A stretch of DNA of 64,000 bases, taken from a virus. Lineage: Duplodnaviria > Caudoviricetes. This document shows positions 45,473 to 56,200 of the stretch, in pieces (the first letter of the stretch is position 1; each line of letters starts with the position of its first letter). Both the position numbers and the translations under genes were made by a program. Location: positions 3,239 through 67,238 of the IMG/VR virus record IMGVR_UViG_2827986130_000001. One strand, written 5' to 3'. The notes under the pieces are model-generated. The model saw only the letters and a program-made list of their open reading frames with translations, did no database searches and was not told the DNA's origin.

Positions 45473-46942
45473 ATGTCCGATGCAAACCGCACCCGGCTTG
45501 CGCATGTGCGCGAAACCACCCTCGGCACGACGCCTACCACGCCCCGTATGCGTACCGCGCGCATGACCGGCGAGCAGATCCAGTTCATGCCGCAGACCGT
45601 CCAGTCCAACGAGATGCGCTCGGATCGCATGAACGCCGATCCGATCCAGGTCAACCAGACCAATCAGGGCGCGGTCAACGGCGAGCTGTCCTATCCGGTC
45701 GACAATTCGCCATTTTCGGACTGGCTGGAATCGCTGTTCTGCCAGGTCTGGGACAACACGCCGACATTCGACAATGAAGGCACCGCCGACAGTGTCGTGA
45801 CCGATGCCGGCACGACGACGGACACCTATGTCGTGGCGTCCGGTGGTGCTGCTGTTGTCGCTGGTCATCTTGTCCGGGCCACCGGTTTCACCAACGCGGG
45901 CAACAACCAGATCTTCCGCGCGGCATCCTCGACGGGAACGACGATTGTCGGCTCCTCGCTCAGCCTGACAGCTGAAACCGCACCGCCTGCTGCTGCAAAG
46001 CTCAAGGTCGTCGGCTTCCAGGGTGCATCGGGCGATCTGGTTGCAGTGGCGGACGGCATCACCTCAACCGCGCTGGACTTCACCACGCTCGGGCTCAATG
46101 TCGGATCGTGGATCAAGATCGGCGGCACCGCCACCGGCGACAAGTTCGCAACCGCAGCCTGCAACGGCTGGGCGCGGATCACTGTCATTGCTGCCCAGAA
46201 GATCACGCTCGACAACCTGCCGACCGGCTGGACGACCGACGCCGGCACCGGCAAGACGCTCAAGGTGTGGTTCGGTGACCAGCTCAAGAACGGCACCGAT
46301 ACGATAGGCCAGACGCTGGAACGCGGTTTCCTCGCGCAGACGACCCCGACCTACCTGATCTCGCGCGGCATGGTGGCCGGGCAAGGTGAGTTCCGGTTCG
46401 AGAGCGAGCAGATCGCAACGTGGTCGATCACCTTCCAAGGCCTGACCGGCGAATTCACCCCGACCAGCCTTGACGCATCGCCGGATGCGGCAACCACCAA
46501 CGCCATCATGGCGGCATCAGTCAATGTCGGGCGCATCGCCGAAAACGGGGCCATTCTCTCGGACAAGAACTATATCCGCTCGGTGACGGTCTCCATCAAC
46601 AACAACCTCCGCAATCTCGGCGGCATCCGTTCCGATGGTCTTGTAGGACCGGAAGACATCGGCAAGGGCTCCGCCGATGTTACCGCGCAGATGGAGACCT
46701 ATTTCGGTTCCAGCACCCTGTTGGCCAAGCTATTCGCCCAGACTGTCACAAACATGAACATCCGCATCGCCAAGGACAGCCAGGCCATGGTGTGGGCGCT
46801 GCCGAGGCTGACCTATACCGATGGCTCGGCCAATGCGACCGGCAAGAATACCGATGTCATGCTGCCGCTCACGGCGACGGCGTCGATCGATGAGCTGACG
46901 TCGAGCCATATCATGCTGGATCGCCTCGAATACTACGAGTGA
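45473..46942 (+). CDS. Tail tube (major tail) protein with inserted beta domains
   Basis: ETTLGTTP, SNEMRSDR, INNNLR, ETYF motifs; position. Confidence 0.85.
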   Translation: MSDANRTRLAHVRETTLGTTPTTPRMRTARMTGEQIQFMPQTVQSNEMRSDRMNADPIQVNQTNQGAVNGELSYPVDNSPFSDWLESLFCQVWDNTPTFDNEGTADSVVTDAGTTTDTYVVASGGAAVVAGHLVRATGFTNAGNNQIFRAASSTGTTIVGSSLSLTAETAPPAAAKLKVVGFQGASGDLVAVADGITSTALDFTTLGLNVGSWIKIGGTATGDKFATAACNGWARITVIAAQKITLDNLPTGWTTDAGTGKTLKVWFGDQLKNGTDTIGQTLERGFLAQTTPTYLISRGMVAGQGEFRFESEQIATWSITFQGLTGEFTPTSLDASPDAATTNAIMAASVNVGRIAENGAILSDKNYIRSVTVSINNNLRNLGGIRSDGLVGPEDIGKGSADVTAQMETYFGSSTLLAKLFAQTVTNMNIRIAKDSQAMVWALPRLTYTDGSANATGKNTDVMLPLTATASIDELTSSHIMLDRLEYYE

Positions 46943-46947
46943 CCTGA

Positions 46948-47029
46948 TCCCGCCCGACAGCGGGACGAACTTGGCCAAGAAGGCGGGCGGCGTTGTCGGA
47001 CGCCGCTCGCCACCCTTCCGACAAAGGTG
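46948..47029 (+). promoter_or_regulatory. Three-hairpin RNA element with complementary loops
   Basis: Loops CCGACA (46954-59), TGTCGG (46994-99), CCGACA (47018-23). Confidence 0.6.
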
Positions 47030-47033
47030 AAAC

Positions 47034-47867
47034 ATGAACCTCACGACCCATCGTCGCCGCTGGGGCGACAACGACCATTATTTCGGGCCATTTACTTACG
47101 CTCGGGACAGGCATGGATATAGGCCGCTCGCCATTATCCTGCAGTCTGGCGAAGATGAATATCCTGGTGCCCAATTGCGCATCAGCGGCTTCGGCCACAC
47201 GTTCATCACAGCAGTTCCGCATTGGCTGATTGGGCCTTATGTCGGCTGGCGCGATCTCAGCCATGCCGATTGGGCGAAGCCTGGGCCAGGTGGGAGGAAA
47301 GGCTATGTCGTGGTGGATCGTCGCGAGTATGGCTTCACGCTTTCTGACGGCCATATGTCCGTCAAACTAGGCCGTCAGACAATGGACAGCAGCACCACAC
47401 GCGATTGGGGTTGCTTTCTCCCGTGGACCCAGTGGCGTCACGTCAAGCGGCGTTACTTCGATGCCGAAGGCAATGTCTATTATGACGTTGTTGATAGTGG
47501 CACATACAATGACCGCCCACACCGCTTTGAAGTCGAGCGGATGATTGAGAAGTCATGTCCTGCAAAACGGTTCTCGTTTAAGGATTTCGACGGGGAAGAA
47601 GGCATTGCCTCCGTTCGGATCAGTGAGGGCGAATGGGCTTTTGGTACAGGCCTGTTCAAGTGGCTGTCCCTGTTCCGCCCACGCAAGAAAGTGCGCGCGC
47701 TCGACATCGAGTTCTCAATCGAAACAGGGCGGCGCAAGGGTTCGTGGAAGGGCGGCACGTTGGGTTCCCACTCGGCAATCAAAGACATTGACGAGTGGCA
47801 CAAGGAAGCTTTCCAGCGCTATTGCTCCGAAAACAATATGACCTTCATCGGCGAGGTGATGAAATGA
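47034..47867 (+). CDS. Moron-like hypothetical protein between tail tube and chaperone
   Basis: Aromatic/basic 277 aa ORF with more AT-rich codons than flanks. Confidence 0.75.
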   Translation: MNLTTHRRRWGDNDHYFGPFTYARDRHGYRPLAIILQSGEDEYPGAQLRISGFGHTFITAVPHWLIGPYVGWRDLSHADWAKPGPGGRKGYVVVDRREYGFTLSDGHMSVKLGRQTMDSSTTRDWGCFLPWTQWRHVKRRYFDAEGNVYYDVVDSGTYNDRPHRFEVERMIEKSCPAKRFSFKDFDGEEGIASVRISEGEWAFGTGLFKWLSLFRPRKKVRALDIEFSIETGRRKGSWKGGTLGSHSAIKDIDEWHKEAFQRYCSENNMTFIGEVMK

Positions 47868-48283
47868 CCATCAAGCTTTCCTCGCTGAAGGCCGACCTCG
47901 CACGCGAGGAAAAGGGCGACTGGATTGAATATCCGGACTGGCCCGACGTTGCCTTCAATGTCTCCTCCCTGCATCTCCCTGCTTTCGTGACGGCGCGCGA
48001 TCTGCTGTTGCAGCGCATGGCCAAGAAGCACGGCCGCAAGTCGGTTCCGCGCGAGGAAATGACAGCGGAATTCGGCAAGCTCTATGCCGAGCACATCCTG
48101 CACGACTGGCGCGGCATCGATGTCGAATACAGCCCGGATGCGGCACGCGATATCCTCTCCAATCCCGAATATCGCAATGTCGTCGCGGCCGTCGAATGGT
48201 GCGCCGCCAAGGTCTCCGACGTTGACATCCAATTCGTGGAGACCGCCTCAAAAAACTCCGCGCGGCCTTCCGATGGCGCCTGA
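47864..48283 (+). CDS. Tail assembly chaperone (gpG-like)
   Basis: EEKGDW, ILHDWRG, YSP motifs; slippery site near 3' end. Confidence 0.8.
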   Translation: MTIKLSSLKADLAREEKGDWIEYPDWPDVAFNVSSLHLPAFVTARDLLLQRMAKKHGRKSVPREEMTAEFGKLYAEHILHDWRGIDVEYSPDAARDILSNPEYRNVVAAVEWCAAKVSDVDIQFVETASKNSARPSDGA

Positions 48284-48606
48284 GCCAGGAAGGCCAGAAC
48301 GGATGGCTGCAGCAACTTGCCGAGGAAAATCCCGACGAGGCCGAATTCATCACGATCGCCGACCGGCCCGACGAGGCTGAGCCGCAGCCCTGGCACGATC
48401 TCTACTGGCGGGCATGGGACGCGCTCAAGGCGGATCGCCAGTTCGGCGCGATGGGTGGCGCTTCGGCGGTGCCGTATTCCGCCCTTAGCCGCTATGCGCG
48501 GGATCACGGCATAACAGGGTCCGACTTCCGGCTGTTTCAGGTCTTGTTCCGCGCCATCGATGCCGAATGGCTGACGATGGAAGCGGCGAAAGGAAACAAG
48601 ACCTAA
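48250..48606 (+). CDS. Tail assembly chaperone -1 frameshift extension (gpGT-like; not in ORF track)
   Basis: A AAA AAC at 48250-48256; -1 frame open 118 codons: ...YWRAWDALKADRQFGAMGG..VPYSAL..YA...AIDAEWL. Confidence 0.8.
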   Translation, partial: KKLRAAFRWRLSQEGQNGWLQQLAEENPDEAEFITIADRPDEAEPQPWHDLYWRAWDALKADRQFGAMGGASAVPYSALSRYARDHGITGSDFRLFQVLFRAIDAEWLTMEAAKGNKT

Positions 48607-48710
48607 CCAATGAGGCCTAGTTGTATTCCGTCGACCCAAAGCCGGTACAGGCTAAATGCGCCAGCGGCGTTGGCCAGCAGAAGCGCAAGAATAATTAGCA
48701 ACCGGATCAT
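48603..48710 (-). CDS. Small hydrophobic antisense peptide (35 aa, not in ORF track)
   Basis: MIRLLIILALLLANAAGAFSLYRLWVDGIQLGLIG fills the chaperone-TMP gap. Confidence 0.45.
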   Translation of the reverse strand: MIRLLIILALLLANAAGAFSLYRLWVDGIQLGLIG

Positions 48711-48747
48711 CGGGCATTCATAGCCTTCAGATGGGATCGGATCAAGA

Positions 48748-51498
48748 ATGACTGTTCAACTTTCAGCTCTCCGCGTCAGTGCTGACCTCAATGCATCCGG
48801 TTTTGTGTCGGGTGCATCGCAGGTCACCAAGGCCGAGCAGGACATGGTTGCGGGCGCGCGGCAGGTGTCGGTCGCGCTTGCCGATCAGCAGGGCAAGGTC
48901 AGCGCGGCGGGCAACCCGCTTGCTCGGCTGTCGCGTCAGTATATCGATGGGTACGGCTCGGCGCAGCGCTTCGAGAGCGGGCTGCGTTCGCTCAATCGGA
49001 TGCTGGAAAAGGGCGAGATCGAAGCGCGTCAGGCCGAAGCCGTCTACACCGGCATGGCGCAGAAGCTCGGGCTTGTCGCCAATGCAGCTGATGTGACCGC
49101 ACAAGGCTACGCTCGCCTTGGCGGGGTCATCGATACCGTCAACACCAAACTTGCACAGCAATCCAGTCTGGCGGCCACGGCAGCAACCGGGCTGGGGCGT
49201 ATCGGCGGTGTAAACGACAACGAAGCATCGTTCCGTCGCCGCAACATGACCTATCAGGCGTTCGACGTGGTGCAGATGGCGGCGCTCGGTCAGGCCCCGG
49301 CGATGCTGGCGCTGCAGCAGGGGCCGCAGATCGCGCAGCTTTATGCCGGTCCGGGTGGGGTTACAGCGGCGCTATCCGATGCGGCGATGGTCGCTACCCG
49401 TCTGATAGGCGTTCTTCGTGCCGTGGGTCCGGCTGCGCTCGGCGTCGGTACGGCGTACAGCTTTGTCAGCGAAGAGGTCCGCAAGGCCACGGGACAAGCC
49501 GCTTCCTTCGGCGAGGTTGCCATGGCCTCGCTTGCGCTGCTGTCGCGTGCTGTTGAGCCTCTCACCGGGCCGGTGTTTGAAGCCGCCTTCTATGCCTTCG
49601 AACGTCTGGGAAGTGCCGCCCTTGATTGGGCTGACCTGATCGTCAGCAGCTTCAACAAGGTCGGATACGATATCGGGTTCATATTCGGTGAGGCTGGAAC
49701 GGCAATCGAGGCAGCAATCGTCGGATCGTTGAATGTTGGCATTCGTGCACTCAATGGATTCACCGAGAAGGCAATTGCCGCGATCAATTCCATCATCGAG
49801 GGATGGAATAAGCTCGGTGTCCATATTGGCATGGGCGTCGGCGGGCTGGACCCATCCACCGGCAGAATTCGCGAGTTCCAGAACGACGCAGCCGCCCAGC
49901 TTGCCGAAGCGGTTGCGGCGCGCAATGCCTATGTCGCAGGCAACAATACGCCGGTCAGGGATGGGCTCCGCGGCGTCGGTGGGGAGGTTATAGACCGCCG
50001 AACCGCAAGCAAGTCCCTGACCGACCTCCAAGCGCTTGGCAGTGTCTCGTTTGCGGAGTCGATCAAGGGCGCTTCTGGGCTCGCTGGTGAGGTGTCACGA
50101 ATTAACAGCCAGGTCTCGCAGATCGGCGTTGATGCAGGTTCGTCGCGGGAGCGAGTGATCGATCTTGGCGCGGCATGGGACGCAGCGCGCCGGTCCCAGA
50201 TCGCATCGTCGCAGGCCCTGGCAGAACAGCTTCGTTCGACTGAGGCTCTGTTGAAGGATAGGCAGGCATCGATCCGAGATGCGGCGAAGACGCCGGTTGA
50301 TGTTGTGTTCGGCGACGCCAGCAAGATCAACAATGCCACAGGCGCGATCACTTCAGCTACGTCTGCCATCAACGGCGCCTTTGCGGCCATGGATCAGGGA
50401 CGCATGACGGCGAGCAGCGTCTTCAGCGTCATAGAGATGGTCAGGCAGTCAATGCTTGGTATGGGTGGCGATGCGCAGTCGATCAACGCCTGGATCGACA
50501 TTCTGGTCAAAGCCGAGCTTCAAGTCAGGGCGCTAAATGGCGATGTGAAGACGCTCCGGGAACTGATCACCAGCATCCCCGACAAGACCATCAACATCAA
50601 GATCAACGAGACGACGACGCGCACCACCTATGGCAACGGCGTCAACGTCTATCGCAGCAACGGTGGAGCGGATTCTGGCGGTTCCTCGCCGTCCAATTCC
50701 CAGATCATGTCCGGGCTTGGTGGCTATGAGGGTGATTTCTCCATCGATTACCCATGGGGCACCGCCTACACCAGCACTTATGAGATCGGCAGCGGTCGGA
50801 GACCGGTCGTCCATGCCCCGACCGCCTATGCCAAGGGCGGTATCGCGACGGAAGCGTCGATCTTCGGCGAGGCTGGACCGGAGGCGGCAGTGCCGCTCCC
50901 AGACGGCCGCACCATTCCTGTCACGCTGTCAGGCGGCGGCATGCTCGCGGCGATCGAGGCCAACACGGCGCTGACCGTTGACCAGATCGAGCGGCTGATC
51001 GGAATCACCAACACGATGTCGGGCGATATCCTGGCCATGCTGCGGCGGTCACAGGCATCGGCCAGCGCCAGCCTTGGCAGCAGGGCGACAGGCTCCAGCG
51101 GAGCAGCCACGGGCGGCGTTGGCGGCGGCATCTGGATGGAGCCCACGGTCAAGGCGATCAACACCGGCTATGGCGCCTATATTCCCGGCAAGACCGGCTA
51201 TGCGACGGGCGGCATGATGGGGCCGTTCGGTTCGGGCTCGACGGATTCGATGTTTGCGAAATTCATGTTTCGTCCCGACGAGACGATCTCGATCCATACC
51301 CCTGCGCAGCGCAAGGCGGTGGTCGATGCTCTTGATCGGGCTGGCGAGGGCGGCGGCACATCGGTCAGCTTCGGCGACATCATCATCCAGCTTCCGGCCG
51401 GCGCCGATCAGCGGCAGGGGCAACAGGCAGGACGTGCGGCCGCCGACGAGTTCACGCGCCGCGTCCGGGGCGTGATGGGGGCGAGGCTCCATGGTTGA
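48748..51498 (+). CDS. Tail tape measure protein
   Basis: Ala/Gly-rich, YQAFDV...GQ.P...LQQGPQI, AKGG...GEAGPEA.VPL. Confidence 0.92.
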   Translation: MTVQLSALRVSADLNASGFVSGASQVTKAEQDMVAGARQVSVALADQQGKVSAAGNPLARLSRQYIDGYGSAQRFESGLRSLNRMLEKGEIEARQAEAVYTGMAQKLGLVANAADVTAQGYARLGGVIDTVNTKLAQQSSLAATAATGLGRIGGVNDNEASFRRRNMTYQAFDVVQMAALGQAPAMLALQQGPQIAQLYAGPGGVTAALSDAAMVATRLIGVLRAVGPAALGVGTAYSFVSEEVRKATGQAASFGEVAMASLALLSRAVEPLTGPVFEAAFYAFERLGSAALDWADLIVSSFNKVGYDIGFIFGEAGTAIEAAIVGSLNVGIRALNGFTEKAIAAINSIIEGWNKLGVHIGMGVGGLDPSTGRIREFQNDAAAQLAEAVAARNAYVAGNNTPVRDGLRGVGGEVIDRRTASKSLTDLQALGSVSFAESIKGASGLAGEVSRINSQVSQIGVDAGSSRERVIDLGAAWDAARRSQIASSQALAEQLRSTEALLKDRQASIRDAAKTPVDVVFGDASKINNATGAITSATSAINGAFAAMDQGRMTASSVFSVIEMVRQSMLGMGGDAQSINAWIDILVKAELQVRALNGDVKTLRELITSIPDKTINIKINETTTRTTYGNGVNVYRSNGGADSGGSSPSNSQIMSGLGGYEGDFSIDYPWGTAYTSTYEIGSGRRPVVHAPTAYAKGGIATEASIFGEAGPEAAVPLPDGRTIPVTLSGGGMLAAIEANTALTVDQIERLIGITNTMSGDILAMLRRSQASASASLGSRATGSSGAATGGVGGGIWMEPTVKAINTGYGAYIPGKTGYATGGMMGPFGSGSTDSMFAKFMFRPDETISIHTPAQRKAVVDALDRAGEGGGTSVSFGDIIIQLPAGADQRQGQQAGRAAADEFTRRVRGVMGARLHG

Positions 51499-52093
51499 CC
51501 ATTCCACTGCCATCCTCGCCGAAGGCATCGCTGTCGGCTTTTCGGGCGGGCCGATCTGGAACACGTCTGCCCTGACGTCGGTTTCCGGCCACGAGCAGCG
51601 CAACCAGATGCGGGCCGAGCCGGTTCACGCCTACACCTTCACCGGGGCCGATCAGCAGCGCGCGGGCCTGCTTGCCCTGAAAGCCTTTCATATGGGGCGG
51701 CGGGGCAGGCTCTATTCCTTTCTGCTCAAGGATTGGTCGGATTTCTCTGGGACCGGCGAAGCGCTCGGAACCGGCGATGGGTCCGATGTAACGTTCCAGA
51801 TCGTCAAGGCCTATGGAACCGTCAACCCATGGTCGCGGACGATCCGGCACATCAAGGCCGGAACTTTGACGGTCTATGCTAACGGGGTCGCGGTCGATGC
51901 GGCGGATTATTCGGAGGCAAGCGGCCTGATCACCTTCGATGTCGCGCCGGCACTTGGCGTCGCGATTACGGCTGACTTCGAATTCTATGTGCCTGTCCGG
52001 TTCCAGCAGGACGAATTCACCATCAACGTCAATGCCGCCTCGGCGCAATGGGGCAATACCGGCGCGCTGGACTGCATCGAGGTGCTGGAATGA
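51491..52093 (+). CDS. Distal tail protein, DUF2460/TIGR02217 (GTA g12-like)
   Basis: GGP.W.T, SGHEQRN, RRGRLYSF..KDWSD, ADFEFYVPVRF. Confidence 0.9.
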   Translation: MVDHSTAILAEGIAVGFSGGPIWNTSALTSVSGHEQRNQMRAEPVHAYTFTGADQQRAGLLALKAFHMGRRGRLYSFLLKDWSDFSGTGEALGTGDGSDVTFQIVKAYGTVNPWSRTIRHIKAGTLTVYANGVAVDAADYSEASGLITFDVAPALGVAITADFEFYVPVRFQQDEFTINVNAASAQWGNTGALDCIEVLE

Positions 52094-53004
52094 GGACGCT
52101 TTCCGGCGGCTTCCAGACCTCGATTGCTCCCGGTGCGACGACGCTGGGCTGGCTGCTGTCGATCACCTTCGCCAATGGCACAGTCAAACGCTTCAACTCG
52201 TTCGGGACACGGGAATTCAGCTTCGGCGGCTTCACCTGGTACGGCTTCCCCGGCTTTCAGGTCTCGTCGCTGACGGAGACCAACGGCAGCGAGGCGCCGA
52301 CCGTCGATATCGAGCGTGGCCTGTCCGGTCAGGGCCTGATCACCTTTACCGAAGCCGTGACGGGTCTTGTCGAGGGGCGTCCTGCCGATCTGATCATCGT
52401 CGATTTCATCTCCGGGGCCTCGCATCGCCCTGCCTCGAAATGGCGCGTCGGCACGATCCAGACGACACGCGAGGGGCAGGCCAGTTTCGAGCTGGTCAGT
52501 CTCGAACGCAGAAACCGCCAGGTGGTGCTGAAGCGGTTCAAGACCGGCTGCCAGTGGAAACTGGGCGATGCGGGCTGTGGCGTCGATCTCGCCCCGTTCA
52601 CCGAAGCGGTGACGGTCGTCTCGAGCGCCGATCCCTACACCATCGTGCTTTCGGGCACGACACAGGCAGACGACTATTTCAACCTCGGGGCGATCCTGTT
52701 CAACACCGGCCAGAATACCGGGCTGGCCTACGATATCAGGGACTGGGTGCTGTCCTCGAACACGCTGAAACTCGCCGCGCCGCTGCGCCGGCCCTTGACC
52801 GGAGGTGATACCGCCTCGATCCGTCCGGGCTGTGATGGCACCGCGGGCGCGGCGGGATGCGGCCGCTACAGCAACAAGGCCAGGCGCTTTGCTTTCGATC
52901 ACCTGCCCGATGGAACGGTCAGCGTTCCGGCCGAACCGGAAGCGGCGGCAGCGGCCGGGACTGATGGCAGCACGAGCAACAACAGTTTCGGGGGATGGGA
53001 CTGA
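52090..53004 (+). CDS. Baseplate hub protein, DUF2163/BR0599 (GTA g13-like)
   Basis: C.WKLGD..CGVDL, YFN.G...F.TG.N.G, PGCD.T....C..Y.N..RF. Confidence 0.85.
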   Translation: MRTLSGGFQTSIAPGATTLGWLLSITFANGTVKRFNSFGTREFSFGGFTWYGFPGFQVSSLTETNGSEAPTVDIERGLSGQGLITFTEAVTGLVEGRPADLIIVDFISGASHRPASKWRVGTIQTTREGQASFELVSLERRNRQVVLKRFKTGCQWKLGDAGCGVDLAPFTEAVTVVSSADPYTIVLSGTTQADDYFNLGAILFNTGQNTGLAYDIRDWVLSSNTLKLAAPLRRPLTGGDTASIRPGCDGTAGAAGCGRYSNKARRFAFDHLPDGTVSVPAEPEAAAAAGTDGSTSNNSFGGWD

Positions 53005-53276
53005 TGGCTGTATTGTCCGGAGGGAAAGTCACCTATCCGCACCACAAGATCGTCTACAACGACGAGGGCGGCTACGGAATCCAGGTCATCAAGAACGCGC
53101 CGAACCTGTGGACCGGCTCATACGGCGGCCCGTCGTCGTCGCGGCCGTCACAGGTCAGTGCGGAAGACGCGGCCTCGCCTCTGGGCAACCCGATCCCCAA
53201 ACTTGTCGGCGCGGCATCCTTTGTCGGCCAACTCATCATTGATGCCGACCACTTCGGCGGCGTGAGGCTGAAATAG
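53004..53276 (+). CDS. Small tail protein resembling the N-terminal piece of GTA-type tip proteins
   Basis: GNPIPKLVG.....GQLI motif. Confidence 0.5.
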   Translation: MAVLSGGKVTYPHHKIVYNDEGGYGIQVIKNAPNLWTGSYGGPSSSRPSQVSAEDAASPLGNPIPKLVGAASFVGQLIIDADHFGGVRLK

Positions 53277-53277
53277 C

Positions 53278-56200
53278 ATGGGCGCGTTTGGCGGATGGGG
53301 TGACACCAGCGGCGTCTCGATAACCGCAGAGGCTCCGTCCCAGCGGCTTGTCTGCACGCTGGTGCTTGCCTTCTGCGAGACCGATCTCGGCGGGCCTGTC
53401 CGGCTTTTGCAGCTCAGGGCCAATGACACGCTGGTCTACAGCGCGATCGAACCGAAGCGCTCGCTCGGCTCGGCCATGGCGTTTTATGGTGGTGACCAGA
53501 CCTCCGTCGACCCGACCATTTCCGCGGCGATCGGGGCTGATGCGACCTACTGGCCGGGGCTGGCCTATGCCGTGCTCAAGGACTTCGACATCACGCCTTA
53601 TGGCTCGGTGCCGGGCGATATCGAATGGAAGGCGGTGCTCGGCACCTCGGTCACCGACCAGACCGCACAGGAGACCGAAAGCACGCTCACCGGGGCGGCT
53701 TTTACCGGCCAGTTCCAATCAGCCTCGGCGGTCGATCATACCCTTGGAGTCGCCTATCAGGTCGTTTGGGCCGATGCGGACACGTTCTCGGTCGTCACCA
53801 CCGATATTGAAAGCGGGACCGAGATCCGGCGCGTTGCGCTGCCTACGGACACCTACGACTATTTCGACGCGCTGACCGCGCTCGCCGGGTCGGGCTTCGT
53901 CGTCGGCGTCGCGATCACCCAGAATGTCGGCGGCGATCTGCGCGGCCTGCGCATGGTCGATACGCGTACAGGTGCGGTGACGACGCTGCACGCCCAGCAG
54001 ATCGGGAGTGACTATTTCGAGCCCTATAACATCTTCAGCTCGATCCTGCTGAAGTCGGACGCGGCGACGAAATATCTCGTCGTCTCCCAGCCGCTCATCG
54101 CGCCGGTCGACACTCCCGGCAATGACGGCATGATTGCGCTGGCCGACGTCACTAGCGGCACGTTGACGTGGATTGCCGGGCCTCAAGTTGCGCCGATCCG
54201 CGCCGGGGCATGGCAGGAATTGCAGAGCTGGACATGGGCCAGCCTGTCGAGTGGCGTCGCAACTGCCTTCTTCTGCGAGCGCAACGAACCGGCGATCTGG
54301 CGCTGCAATGTCTCGGAAACAGGCGTTTCCGGGCTTGTCAGTGTGACTTCGGCAGCGGCGTCGTATCCGGCCGGTCTCGCCTATGACAGCCTGAACAACG
54401 CCGTCGTCTACATGCGCGATGACGAGACGCTGGTCAGCTATGACCTCGACACGAAAACGAACCGCTACAGCCTCGACATGACCGGGCAATCCGGGTTCTT
54501 CAATGCGGAGAACTTCGAGACGCAGGATGCGCTGCGCCCCGGCTATGTCAGGATGATCGACGGCGCCGGCATGTCGCGCCTGCTCGATCTCGGCTCAGGA
54601 TCGGCAACGGCGATCTATGACAGCGCCTGGCCGGAGTTCTTCGCCTACAACCAGTACAAGGCATGGGGCGTCCAGCCCGGCTCGACACCGGGGACATCGC
54701 TGATCGTCCGCTTCGGCGACACGACACCTAACGCAGTCGATGCCGTCGATATCCTGACCGCCTTGGCTACCTACAATGGCGATTACGACGCCTCGGACCT
54801 GACCTTCACCGGCTTTCCCGGTAATGAGGCGATCGGTTTCCCGATCTATGAGGACACCACCATCGATGAGGCGATGGGCGAGGTCTGCTTTACCCTCGGG
54901 GCCCGGAAAACCCATGACGACGGCAAGATCCATTTCAAGATCCCGCCGCGCGATGGGGCCTTCGCCGTTGATCGGGTTCTCACCCATGACGATATCGTCG
55001 AGCGCAACGGCCAGAGCATCGTCCAGACGATCCGCGACCGCGACGCCGCGATCGAACGTGGCGTGCTGCGCTTCTGCGATCCCGACAAGAGCTACGATGA
55101 AAACGAGGTCGAATTCGTCAGGCCGAACGGCGTCTATGATGTCATCGCCTCGAACCGCAAGGAAGAATTCTCGACCTCGCTTGTGATGACGATGCCGCAG
55201 GCCGCGAAGCAGATCAATCGTTTGGTCTATGAGAGCGATGCCGGTAGCCGGGAATATCAGCTCGGTGTCATGCCAAGCCAATTCGCGGTCAACCCGGCCT
55301 CGAACGTCCAGTTCGGCTATGGGCCGAGTGACGAGATCACGGTTGTCGGCGAAGTCGTCCAGTCCGATCTCAGGGATGATTTCAGCCAGGATTTTGTCCT
55401 GGTCGAGGCGTTGCAGGCCATCGAGACGACTTTCGCCGGGACGGGACTTGTCACGGTTCCGGTTCAGGATGTCTCGTTCAACGTCGAGTTCGTCATCCTC
55501 GATACCGCGCTGCTGGCCTATGCCGATGAGACCACCGGGCTGCGCGGTTATGGTGTCCTGATCGGTGCCGGCTCCAATCCCATCGGGCCAAGTACGGCAT
55601 GGAAGAGCGCCGACGGCGACACCTTCACACAGTTCGGATCATCGTCCAATACCGCACCCGTGGCCGGAACGATCACCGCGCTGGACCGCAACCGCGATGA
55701 TGGTTTCGCCACCGACTTCGCCGGCTCGCTGACGGTCCTGGTCACCTCGGGCGATCCGGCTGACATCGACAGCGCGTCGGAAGAAGAGCGCTATCAGAAC
55801 TTCAACCTGGCCGTGGTCGGGCAGCAAGGGCGCTGGGTGCTCGTCGCGTTCGGCGGTGTTGAGGCCACCGGCAACAGTGTCGTGCTTTCCGATCCGATCT
55901 GGGGTCTTAGGGGCACCGAGGTCTACCTGTCGCAACTGGTGACGGGCGACCGCTTCATCCGGCTCCAGCCGTCCGAAGTGCTGCGCTTCGTCAACGATGC
56001 CGCCCTGCTCAATGATCCGGTCTACTACAAGGGCGGCTATGGCGGTCTCATGGTCGGCCAGATGATGACGCAGATCGATGTCGCCAATGGCGAGGCCGAG
56101 AAGCCTTATGCATCGGTTGATCTAGCCTATTCGGATGCCGGTTCAACCCGGACCATCACCTGGGAATTCCGCGAGAGGCTGGACCCGATGCGGGCGCTGT

